Source: Mobula hypostoma
Lineage: Eukaryota
Direction of reading: 5' to 3'
DNA length: 64,000 bases
Assembly (NCBI RefSeq): GCF_963921235.1
Contig: NC_086117.1
Span: 29,264,001 to 29,328,000, forward strand
The position numbers and the translations under genes were made by a program. The notes beneath the pieces were generated by a model. The model was not told the DNA's origin. It saw only the letters and a program-made list of their open reading frames with translations, and made no database searches. Positions 1-11,300 of the stretch are shown one piece after another; positions within the stretch are counted from its first letter, which is position 1, and every line of letters starts with the position of its first letter.

Positions 1-255
1 TTAAGGTGCTTGGAAGTAGGTACAGAGGAAATGTCAGGGGTAAGTTTTTTATGCAGAGTGGTGAGTGCGTGGAATGGGCTGCTAGTGACGGTGGTGGAGG
101 CGGATATGATAGGGTCTTTTAAGAGACTCCTGGACAGGTACATGGAGCTCAGAAAAATAGAGGGCTATGGGTAACCTAGGTAATTTCTAAGTTAAGGACA
201 TGTTTGGAACAGCTTTGTGGGCCGAAGGGCCTGTATTGTGCTGTCAGGTTTCTAT
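1..255 (+). mobile_element. CR1-type LINE 3' end fragment
   Basis: CR1 ORF2 C-terminus/3' UTR sequence (tttaaggtgcttggaagtaggtacagagga...gggccgaagggcctgtattgtgctgt), nearly the same as the copy at about 29595-29860. Confidence 0.85.
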
Positions 256-1397
256 GCTGGAGACTCATCAGCCGTCGAATAAAATTATCAAGAAGAGAGA
301 TGTGTGGAAAGCTTGGGGAAGGACATGGGGAACAAGGTTCTGAGTCAGATATTGATAGCCCATGAAGATTTTTTATTTGTCCTAGAGGGTGAGGTATTGA
401 ACTCAAGATGGAATTGTGGTATTTATTTGCTTAATATCTTTGATAAGTTCAACACCCCATTTCAGACCATGATCATTCTTAGAAATATACCTTGTGCTTT
501 GGAAAACTTTTGGACATAATAGTTAGATGCAAAACAACCAGCAGCAGAAAGGAAATTGTTATTCTTCAGGCAGCTTTAGTAATGGAGATGAGATTCTCCC
601 GTCTGCTCACGGAGGCTGAGACCATGAACAACGGGTTGTGACCAGGTGATCAGGGAGCAGAAGTCAATTAGTTGAGCAGCTGTGAAAGGTTGATAGTGTT
701 TTGCTGACGTCAGAACAAAAACTTTTCTACAAATGTTTACTACAATTTAATATTGATATGAATCTCAAAAATACATCTATACATATCGAAATATAAAATT
801 TATATAAAAATGACTGTTTACAGAAAATATACATTTTTTCTTAGGATTGACATCTTATTTCCTGATGCAAAGTTGATGGGAAATTTTCACCTTAACAGAT
901 GTTGAATACAGCCACAAGAAGTGGGCAAGGATAGGGTGGTGTGAAGGAGGGTTGTGCAATATGGCACCATTGGATATCATAAAGTTAACAGTGTGTCATT
1001 TAGTTCCTTATCTTTAAATGTGTTTTTACTATCCTTCCTGTATTCACTGAGATTCAATGCAAATTTGTCAAAGGAATACAACACAAATCTTAATATGAAC
1101 TCCAGGTAGCATAAATATCTGCAAATTGAGAGATTTTCAAGGTCTGTGAGAATGGTAGATTAGTCAAACTGCGAGAAATGGCAAGGATACAATCCAACAT
1201 GAATACAGGTGCTGCTCCACCAGATGCTACTCACTTAGAGATCCTTCCTGTTCACAGTGCTAACCTTCACACATTTGCTTATCGGCTGATATCCATTCAC
1301 AATTTTGACTTTTGCCACTGCCTTCATTGCAATTTCCTTTCCCGTGTTTAATTACCAAATAAAACAAAAGTGAAATCCGACAGCAAGATGAGTGGAC

Positions 1398-2260
1398 TCA
1401 GCACAGAAAGCCGTTTTCCAAGTGATCCTCAGGATTCACTGTTACGACAGGGGTGATGGGGATATCTGTATTAGTGGGTACTGTTTGGTTGAGATGATGT
1501 AAAATATTGGCCATCATTCTCAGCTTGAAATTAGAAGGGGAGATCTCTTGCTTAGGTTCCGCATTAATGAACCACATTGAGACGAGGGACATTGGCACAG
1601 CTGTTAGTTCAGTGGCTGGCTGCAGGCTGAGGGTAACAGTACAGGAGAGATTTTTCACTATTTCTGCAATTATAATATTAGAACCTGCTCTGGGAGAAGA
1701 ACCAGTTTGCAACCAAAGAACTTGACTGTAATCTTGCACTTTACTCATTCCATCTGTACCCAAATCCCCATCACAGACTAGCAATAAACTGGCAATAGTC
1801 TTGGAGAGGCAAAGCATTGTATTCCATGAAACACCATAACCAATTCCAATTAACTGAGCTTGGAGGATTTCAGCAGGGTCAGTGGGAAGCTGATTGAAAA
1901 TATTTTCCAGTGCTGCCCAGAAACCATCTGACTGCCTTGGGAACAAGACCCTTAGTTTACGAAGCTTTTGATTCAGTGAGTGTTGATGACTGAACTTTGG
2001 TGAGTCAAGGTGGAGGAGAAGAGGGTCATCGTGTTTGGAGCAAACTAACAAGATTGTGACGACAACAAAAATGGAAGTTAGAACTGCAGCAAGTTTTAAC
2101 GAAACAAAAAAGTCCGACTCTGGAGAGATTGAAGTCGTCTGCTCTCTTGGTTCCACTTCGTACCCACAGGAATTGTGATCAGCTCCAGGAAAACCGTACC
2201 ACTGAGCTGTATCAGTATTTGCCATCTGTTCATTGGACATATCCCTGATTGCGCTCTCAT
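1398..2260 (-). CDS. Terminal coding exon of a LAP1/LULL1 (TOR1AIP)-like type II membrane protein (TM helix plus luminal LAP1C-like domain)
   Basis: Open 863-nt exon after acceptor tttgtcacag (phase 1). Hydrophobic helix LAAVLTSIFVVVTILLVC, then LRVLFPRQSDGFW..PTDPAEIL..MLCLSKTIA and C-terminal VVTVNPEDHLENGFLC. These resemble LAP1/LULL1 motifs as recalled: FPGQ..LW, PTEPA, LKCLS, LVLPVQPE..GICL. Confidence 0.7.
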
Positions 2261-3264
2261 CTGTGACAAACATTTAAAAAAGCATGTCATACTTATTTAG
2301 TACTTTTTCTCCTAAAAAACATCTCAAAGCACTCAACATAAAATAAATACCGAAATTCAAATGAAGTGACAGATCCACAGGGAAGAGTTTAGTTCGAAAT
2401 ACAGTGGGCAGATGCTGTAACAAATGCAACTCAGATTCACAGAACAGTTTAATAACAGAGACAGGGGGCAGATTCTGTAATATACATAAATGTGGTGCCA
2501 TATTAATCACTGATACGTGGAGCAGAAATTATAGATGAACAGTATCATGTTTGATTAATGATATTGTTGGAATCCACTTCTTAAAATACTTTTTATAAGA
2601 TATTAGATGAATTAATGTAACACTAAAGTCATAGTTTAATCATAATTTGTACTTTCTAAAAACAAACTCATGTCATTTTCACAGTATGTATTTTCACAGA
2701 AAGTGGAACAGCAGTATCATAACCTTTCTCATTTTTCACTGGCTAAGTGTTAGCACAGTACCCTCATAACATAATTGTACAACTGTTGATTGGTTTATTC
2801 TTATCTAAGGAATTTCTGTTATCAGATTATAAAGGTGACGGACTTTTCAAGAGGTGCGATCTTCATTGTTGCTTTTCATTGAATCTCTGCTTTTGCCTCT
2901 CAGGCCTTCACTTAGTTTCAACTGTATCTTCGTCTAAACCTTAAAATAAATGTTCACTATTCCTCACCATTCTTGACCCCCAGAAGAACCCCAAGGATCA
3001 GAAAAAATAACAGAGATTCAACAATATGCAGGACAGACATGCTGACAAACAGAGCAAACAAAAATATGGATGGATAAACAGGATCCTTTCTCCGACAAGT
3101 GTTCAGAGTGTTTGGCAGTTTACATGGCAAGCTTCATTAGAAACTTATTAACTGATAGATAGCCCTACAATATCTTTGATGGGACAGCAAGGAAGCTTAC
3201 ATCAGGAACACCAACACATGCTTAAACATCACAATCCCCCAACTGTACTGCAAAATGGCAATAC

Positions 3265-3520
3265 ATTAATACAGCTGACAGAGCCACTGCCTGGTAGCTC
3301 CAGTGACCTGGCTTTGATGCTGACCTCAGGTGCTGATGGTGGGGTTTCCGTTAGGTGCTGCAGCTTCCTCCCACATCCCAAATACATGAGGGCTGGTAGG
3401 TTAACTAACCACTGTAAATTGCTCCCAAATGTGTAGGTGAATATGGAGTTGATGAGAATGTTGGGAGAACAAAGAAAAATTGACACTAATGCAGAGGTTT
3501 GGTTGGGCAGCAAACCCAGT
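3265..3520 (+). mobile_element. Decayed HE1/V-SINE-like tRNA-derived SINE
   Basis: V-domain-like gggtttccgttaggtgctgcagcttcctcccacatcccaaa...ggtaggttaac...tgtaaattg. Confidence 0.55.
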
Positions 3521-4565
3521 CAGCAGCTCTGACACCAGCCCATTCTCTATGACCATACAACCTTCAGGCTGGGCTTAACCTGACTGCTCCAAAGGCGACA
3601 CCGCCACAGTTTTACACAGACCAGTGGATCTAGTTGACCAGCTATTGGCCAACTGCTGGATCTGGGTCAACTATCAGAAAAGGATAGCAACATAAGTTCT
3701 TCAGTTCCTGGACACTGAGGTGCTGCATCTGGTGAGGAATCTCCTCAAACAACCAAGGTTTGTATTACCTCAGGAATGTTGCTCTGAAGACAAAAGGTGC
3801 AAACGTTACTAAGGTGTGGAACTAACCACACTCTGAATGTGTAGACTAAATGGCAGCGGGAATTTAAAGAGCTATTCTTTTTTTTTCTTTTGAATGTGTA
3901 ATTCCGAACTTTGGTGACTGCGACAGAGGTTTACAAACTTCGATAAGTTCCGGAAATCTGAACCAACGATCAGAAACTCTGAGAATTCTCAGAGCAAACA
4001 ACATTTGTGGAGGGAGAAAACAAGCTATCTCAGTATTTTCTGGGATTATAATGGAGGTGGGGGATCTAGGTCATTGCTCAGAAGCGCCGGCTGTGAGCAA
4101 CTCAATGCAGAGAAGTGGAGTCGATTGTTCTGGCAGAATCGAGGTACAAGTACAATTTAAAAAACTTCCTTGCAATGGCATTATAGGTATGCAGATTCAG
4201 ACAACACACAGAACATAAATTATACATAAATTCATTTGCCTTCACACAAGTTGCTTGACCTGCAGAGTTCTTCCAGTACTTTACCTTTGCTTCAGATTTC
4301 CAGCATCCGCAATACCTTGTGTCTCAACATTATGGAATTGTTACATTCGACTTTGCGAAAGGTGAAAACAAAAGTACGACTGTGGAGCCCTAAAGTTTCA
4401 AGAGTGAAAAGGCTGGGATAATCCCTTCCCTTCCGTTCAATCTGATTCCTGGTAGATTTTTGTCAAGTTGTGTATCCACCTGCTTCCCAGTCCATGGGAC
4501 ACTCCTCTCCAATCGGAGCAGTGACCCTTACTCCGGCCAACTCTCCCTGCCTTCTCTCTACTCAC

Positions 4566-4978
4566 CTAGGTTACGGGACGGAGCTGGCGTCACTGGGCTG
4601 TGACCAGGTGGATTTGACAGGGTTCCGGTTCCTGCTATTCGCCCGCTGGTGCCCCCAGACTCTGTGGTCCGGGACTTGGAATCTCGGCCCGGGACCAAGC
4701 TCTGGGACTCTCCTCCCTTCTCCTCCATCGCTGGAGCCAAACCGGTCAGTCCGGTTTCCGGGAGGGAGGGATCAAGAGGCGGGCTGCATCCCAGGAGATC
4801 GGGCTCGGCTTCAGCTCACTGACTCCATCCAACCCGATGCCAGTCGGATGGCGCAGCCACCAATGCATCCGTCTCGGGGCAGAGCCGGGCTGGGGGCAGC
4901 GGGAACCCGGCGCTCATGGTCCCGACCGGCTGCGTCCGGGACTCGGGACCGCCCGGAAAGGCGGCAGCCGGACAATCA
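4566..4978 (-). CDS. Upstream exon of the TOR1AIP-like gene (disordered N-terminal region; ATG at 4728, MEEKGGESQ...SRNL)
   Basis: Acceptor ttttatttccag at 4979/4980 and donor G|GTGAGT at 4565. The phase-1 donor matches the phase-1 acceptor at 2260. ATG 4728 has strong Kozak context (GCGATGG); the joined CDS is 341 aa. Confidence 0.6.
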
Positions 4979-5127
4979 CTGGAAATAAAACTAAAAGGTG
5001 GGGACATTGAAACAGCAACGGAAAGTACTGGGGAGTCGGCGACAGCTCGGCTACCTTGCCCAAGAGGTGCAGTCACCATTTAATACTCCGAAACCTATTC
5101 AGTTCCTCCCGCCGCCCAGAGCCTCAC

Positions 5128-5177
5128 CTGTCGAGGATGGCCAACCGCGCATGCGCAGGTGGTGACTGCGGCGCCAT
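5128..5177 (-). CDS. Putative first exon of the TOR1AIP-like gene (MAPQSPPAHARLAILD), possibly part of a uORF/5' leader
   Basis: ATG 5177 (atcATGG) and donor AG|GTGAGG at 5127. Splicing to 4978 keeps the same frame as the main ORF, but that frame has a TGA at 4818-4816. Confidence 0.4.
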
Positions 5178-5328
5178 GATGATGAGGTGTAAAGTCAGCA
5201 TGTGAAGGCGTGAATAATGGCGCCATGATGGTGAGGACTGGGGAGGTGGCTCGACAATGACGTCGACGGAAGTTCTGGGGATTGCTTTTCCGTTGTTGTT
5301 CATAAAGTTTGTTGAAATAAGGCTCTTC

Positions 5329-5353
5329 ATGGCAATGCGGTTTCTACCGGGCG
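5329..5353 (+). CDS. MRPS2: MRPS2 exon 1 (MAMRFLPG, start of mitochondrial presequence)
   Basis: ATG in ttcATGG context, followed by donor G|gtgagt, phase 1. Confidence 0.75.
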
Positions 5354-8300
5354 GTGAGTGACCTCAGCCGGGGATCTGTTGTAAAGGGGCTTCATGTACT
5401 GGTCTCGTTGGGCAAAGGTTCTTTCAGCGAAGCACTAGGAGGGCCAAATCTACTCCTGGGATATCCCAGCAACACACATCAAAGTTGCTGGTGAACGCAG
5501 CAGGCCAAGCAGCATCTGTAGGAAAAGGCGCAGTCGACGTTTCAGGCGGAGACCCTTCATCAGGACTAACTGAAGGAAGAGTGAGTAAGGGATTTGAAAG
5601 CTGGAGGGGGAGATGCAAAATGATAGGAGAAGACAGGAGGGGGAGGGATGGAGCCAAGAGCTGGACAGGTGATAGGCAAAAGGGGATACGAGAGGATCAT
5701 GGGACAGGAGGTCCGGGAAGAAAGACAGGTGGGGGGGGGACCCAGAGGATGGACAAGAGGTATATTCAGAGGGACAGAGGGAGAAAAAGGAGAGTGAGAG
5801 AAAGAATGTGTGCATAAAAATGAGTAACAGATGGGGTACGAGGGGGAGGTGGGGCCTTAGCGGAAGTTTGAGAAGTCGATGTTCATGCCATCAGGTTGGA
5901 GGCTACCCAGACGGAATATAAGGTGTTGTTCCTCCAACCCGAGTGTGGCTTCATCTTTACAGTAGAGGAGGCCGTGGATAGACATGTCAGAATGGGAATG
6001 GGATGTGGAATTAAAATGTGTGGCCACTGGGAGATCCTGCTTTCTCTGGCGGACAGAGCGTAGATGTTCAGCAAAGCGGTCTCCCAGTCGGCGTCGGGTC
6101 TCGCCAATATATAAAAGGCCACATCGGGAGCACCGGACGCAGTATATCACCCCAGTCGACTCACAGGTGAAGTGATGCCTCACCTGGAAGGACTGTTTGG
6201 GGCCCTGAATGGTGGTAAAGGAGGAAGTGTAAGGGCATGTGTAGCGCTTACACGTATAAGTGCCAGGAGGGAGATCAGTGGGGAGGGATGGGGGTGACGA
6301 ATGGACAAGGGAGTTGTGTAGGGAGCGATCCCTGCGGAATGCAGAGGGGGGGGAGGGAAAGATGTGCTTAGTGGTGGGATCCCGTTGGAGGTGGCGGAAG
6401 TTACAGAGAATAATATGTTGGACCCGGAGGCTGGTGGAGTGGTAGGTGAGGACCAGGGGAACCCTATTCCTAGTGGGGTGGCGGGAGGATGGAGTGAGAG
6501 CAGATGTGCGTGAAATGGGGGAGATGCGTTTGAGAGCAGAGTTGATAGTGGAGGAAGGGAAGCCCCTTTCTTTAAAAAATGAAGACATCTCCTTCGTCCT
6601 CGAATGAAAAGCCTCATCCTGAGAGCAGATGCGACAGAGACGGAGGAATTGCGAGAAGGGGATGGCGTTTTTGCAAGAGACAGGGTGAGAAGAGGAATAG
6701 TCCAGATAGCTGTGAGAGTCAGTAGGCTTATAGTAGACATCAGTGGATAAGCTGTCTCCAGAGACAGAGACAGAAAGATCTAGAAAGGGGAGGGAGGTGT
6801 CGGAAATGGACCAGGTAAACTTGAGGGCAGGGTGAAAGTTGGAGGCAAAGTTAATAAAGTCAACGAGTTCTGCATGCGTGCTCCAGATAGCTATGAGAGT
6901 CAGTCGGCTTATAGTAAACATCAGTGGATAAGCTGTCTCCAGAGACTATTCCTCTTCTCACACTGTCTCTTGCAAAAACGCCATCCCCTTCTCGCAATTC
7001 CTCCATCTCCGCCGCATCTGCTCTCAGGATGAGGCTTTTCATTCTAGGACGAGGGAGATGTCTTCATTTTTTAAAGAAAGCGGCTTCCCTTCCTCCACTA
7101 TCAACTCTGCTCTTAAACGCATCTCCCCCATTTCACGTACATCTGCTCTCACTCCATCCTCCCACCACCCCACTAGGAATAGGGTTCCCCTGGTCCTCAC
7201 CTACCACCCCACCAGCCTCCGGGTCCAACATATTATTCTCCGTAACTTCCGCCACCTCCAACGGGATCCCACCACTAAGCACATCTTTCCCTCCCCCCCC
7301 CCCTGCATTCCGCAGGGATCGCTCCCTACACAACTCCCTTGTCCATTCGTCCCCCCATCCCTCCCCACTGATCTCCCTCCTGGCACTTATACGTGTAAGC
7401 GCTACACATGCCCTTACACTTCCTCCCTTACCACCATTCAGGGCCCCAAACAGTCCTTCCAGGTGAGGCATCACTTCACCTGTGAGTCGACTGGGGTGAT
7501 ATACTGCGTCCGGTGCTCCCGATGTGGCCTTTTATATATTGGCGAGACCCAACGCAGACTGGGAGATCGTTTTGCTGAACATCTACGCTCTGTCCGCCAG
7601 AGAAAGCAGGATCTCCCAGTGGCCACACATTTTAATTCCACATCCCATTCCCATTCTGACATGTCTATCCACGGCCTCCTCTACTGTAAAGATGAAGCCA
7701 CACTCAGGTTGGAGGAACAACACCTTATATTCCGTCTGGGTAGCCTCCAACCTGATGGCATGAACATCGACTTCTCTAACTTCCGCTAGGCCCCACCTCC
7801 CCCTCGTACCCCATCTGTTACTCATTTTTATGCACACATTCTTTCTCTCACTCTCCTTTTTCTCCCTCTGTCCCTCTGAATATACCTCTTGCCCATCCTC
7901 TGGGTCACCCCCCCCCCTTGTCTTTCTTCCTGGACCTCCTGTCCCATGATCCTCTCGTATCCCCTTTTGCCTATCACCTGTCCAGCTCTCAGCTCTATCC
8001 CTCCCCCTCCTGTCTTCTCCTATCATTTTGGATCTCCCCCTCCCCCTCCAGCTTTCAAATCCCTTACTCACTCTTCCTTCAGTTAGTCCTGACGAAGGGT
8101 CTCGGCCTGAAACGTCGACTGCGCCTCTTCCTATAGATGCTGCTTGGCCTGCTGCGTTCACCAGCAACTTTGATGTATGTTGCTTGAATTTCCAGCATCT
8201 GCAGAATTCCTGTTGCCTGGGATATCCCTCTGTCAGCTTCGTCTCTCTACCTATCACCCGGCCACATCTGGATTCGGAAACTCCGAACCTCCCACTTATC

Positions 8301-11300
8301 TGCGCCGTTACTGGCTGTTCCCAAACAATCTACTGGTGGAACTCGAGGGCGACCAGCGTCTGTAGCAGTGGGGCTTTGCGGGGTGGGCAAGTCGAGACGA
8401 GACACTACATCAGATCCAGTTCCTCCAGCAGATTGCTTGATGTCCAGATTCCAGCATCTTCAGCCTTTGGCCATTTCCATTTTCCTCCGGAGTCACTGCG
8501 ATGCCCATGAAGAATCATCGACCCGAAATATGAATTCTGTTTCTCTCTGACTTGATGTGTATTTCAGCTTTTCCTTTTCAATTTCCATGCTACCGCGTTA
8601 ACATTTTGTGTTTTGCCTCGCCCTCTCCTGATTTTGGCCGAAGGTCTGTTTCACCTTGTAATCTGATATATTGCCTCTTTGCCTCTCTTAGTACTGCCGC
8701 GATTGGGCTTCATAACCCAATCTGTACTTTCTTCCAACCAACACCTGAAAGGCCAAACGTATGGGCACGTCGCAGGGCCTCTCCCAGCTATACAGGTGCC
8801 TCCACAAACAGGTCAGTGATGAGCTTATGAAGTTGGGTATTGGAACTTGCTTCACTATACAATCTTGAAGAAATTGGGAGGCGGGTCTTGTGGACAAGGT
8901 GACCTTGAAGAGGGGAGAGCAGACTGGAATGTGAAAACATTGCAAGTCTTACTTGATCGGGGGAAGTTTTAGAAGTAATTCAGTTTGGCAAACTAGGAGA
9001 TAGGAGAAGCTGCCAACAGGTAGTTACCATCTTTGTCACTTATTGTGTAAGCACCTTATGTCTGATGAGGGGCAAAGTGAGAGGGTTTTCGTAGATGAAG
9101 AAAGTTGGCAGTTATTTTTGATATCCAGTATGATCTTGCAGTTGTTTGACTGGAGATCAGATAAACCTGATAAGTTTGATGTGGTTCCTCTTGAATGGCA
9201 AGTTCAAATGTATAAATGCCATGAAAAATAGCTTTTTTGCACCAACAACAATGACTTAAAATAAATTGTACTTGTATCTGTTATTGATTATACATTTCTC
9301 TGACGAAATGTGGCCAAACCACGTCTCTGTCAGGTATATTCAAATCTCTCTCATATGGGCATTTGGTAGTGGAGATGACTGAGGTACCACTGAAAGCATT
9401 TGCAATGGGGGGGATTAATATTGCTATTTTCTGGGGAGGGAGGCATTAATGGTGTGGCTGAGCAGGTAGGTCTTTGCATAAATTTAATTGGGGTCGACTT
9501 GTAGTTTTGAATTTGAAAGTGCAGTTATGCGTGGCTTGGGAGTGTTTTTATTCTTTCCTGCTAGGAGAGAAGCGGGGTTAAGAAGAGAAAAGGAAATGTG
9601 GTTAAAGGCTGGCGTGCACAAATGATGTCCTTTCTGCCGTCAGTGCAGAGGAGAGCAATCTTGAGGATTATCATCCAGCTGGGCATGGAGGCAGTGAGAA
9701 AGGGAGCTGCTTAAGTCACTGAAAATTGCAAGCTGTTTGGTGCAACGGATAAGGGGAGATGGTGGGCGGAAGGGTATGCCCTGCTTGTAGCTTAATGTGT
9801 TCATTTCTGGATTTTGATTAGACAGTGAGGCATTTAATAAGTAAGTGGGGATAGATTAGAGCAGGGTTCCCATACCTTTTTTTTGCCGTGGACCCCATTA
9901 AGTAAGATTGGGAACCCCTGGACTAGAGTGAAAAGGGGTGTCGCACTCCCAGTGCCCTCATCCAATTTATATTTCTAATTGCCATTGGTAAAATCAGTCT
10001 GAAAAGCAGTGTTGCTTTCCACATATATGCTAATTACAGTCATCTGTACTTCACTGCGATCTCTCTTGATCCTTTCTACTCTCACTAAATTATCTTTCTG
10101 CTTTTTTGATGTACATTAGTGAATAGGTGGAAATTCATTGTAGCTTAATATTGTGAAGACTGAAGGAATCAATATTGTTGACTCTCTCACAAGCTATATT
10201 CCCAAATCAGTGAATCTGTCACTGTTCCTGCATTGAGCTCAGAGTGAAGCCAACTGTTTGTAACCTTAACCCCCAGAATTCAATTGCCCATTCAGTTCTT
10301 CACTAAAACTGTCAATTTCTACTCAATAACATTGTCTATTCTGGTACTCCCTTCATGCTGTTAAAATCTTCATCCATGACTTCATCTTCAAATTTGTTAT
10401 TTCAAATTCACTCCTGGCCACTTCAGACATCCATCCCTCTGCAGACTTCGTGAATCTCTGCCTCCTAACTTGCATTAAGTATTTTTTTACTCAAAGCTAA
10501 TGTTCCCTATGTTGGTTTCTGGTTAAGCAATACCCAGTATTTGAATCGATTGCTCAGCTCCATTTTCTAACTCTATTGTCTCTAATCTGGTGGCAAAGTG
10601 TGAAGTTACTGGACTCAGATTTTGGCCTTCAATTTAAATTCTGTCAATGCAGCTCAGGGCTTTAAATTAATCAAATTAAACAAGTCTAGGTTCCTTAAAG
10701 GAACGAAAAGCATCTGTAGTGATAACTGTGAAGTACTGGTCGACTTTCATTAATCCGGCACCATCGGGACCTGAGGAGTGCTGGATTAGTGAAAATGCCG
10801 TATTACAGAAGGATCACACTAAGCAATAGCTAACCACCTCATCATACCTTTAAAATATCAAAGGATTCAGAGGTTCATTTAACGTTAGAGAAATGTATAC
10901 AATATACGTCCTGAAATGCTTTTTCTTCGCAACCATCCAGGAAAACAGAGGAGTGCCCCAAAGAATGAATGACAGTTAAATGTTGGAACCCCTAAGTTCC
11001 CCCCCCCCCGCACGTAAGCGGCAGCAAGCAACAATCCCCCCTCCCCACCGGCAAAAAATAAAGCGCACCCACTGCCAGCACTCAAGCGTGAGCTAAACGA
11101 TAGCAAAGACACAGACTTGCAGTTACCCCAAAGACTACATTTCACTCACAGTTACTGAGGGAATCCTTGTTAGTTCCTTTTCCTCCGCTTAGTAATGTGC
11201 TTAAATTCCGCGGGTCACCACATCTGATCTGAAGTCGTAGGCAGAAGAGAACGGAGTGCCAGCTGGGCAATGCCGGAGGGCAGTGTGTGACTGCCGGCAG

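Larger units (their letters stand above)
4560..5400. promoter_or_regulatory. CpG island / bidirectional promoter between the TOR1AIP-like gene (-) and MRPS2 (+)
   Basis: High CpG density. NRF1-type site cgcgcatgcgca at 5146-5157, YY1-like atggcg/cgccat cores at about 5172-5228, CRE-like tgacgtc at about 5258. Divergent first exons are about 150 bp apart. Confidence 0.7.
5468..8215. mobile_element. Palindromic Penelope-like element (PLE) insertion: two 5'-truncated copies head-to-head
   Basis: Left arm 5468-6881 (-), right arm 6944-8215 (+). Both encode an RT thumb (left arm has TDVYYKPTD) and a GIY-YIG endonuclease ([22 protein letters not shown]). Flanked by the 13-bp direct repeat cctgggatatccc at 5455-5467 and 8216-8228. 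Confidence 0.92.

Noticed and set aside
2720-2939. Candidate internal exon after a ttttaag acceptor on the minus strand
   Set aside because: All three frames hit stops quickly; at most a speculative short terminal exon (GLDEDTVETK*).
3769-3783. 15-nt candidate microexon (ttttgtcttcag|AGCAACATTCCTGAG|gtaata) in the TOR1AIP-like intron
   Set aside because: It introduces TGA in the required phase. It could be a poison exon but cannot be supported without transcripts.
4470-4988. 172-aa plus-strand ORF
   Set aside because: Antisense shadow of the GC-rich exon of the TOR1AIP-like gene; no ATG start or recognisable domain.
7583-8510. 224-aa and 160-aa ORFs over the PLE 3' UTR
   Set aside because: Alternative or antisense frames of the pyrimidine-rich pseudo-LTR, not independent genes.
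11141-11237. Functional 28S rRNA gene
   Set aside because: Only about 97 nt, with several substitutions and no surrounding rDNA unit.
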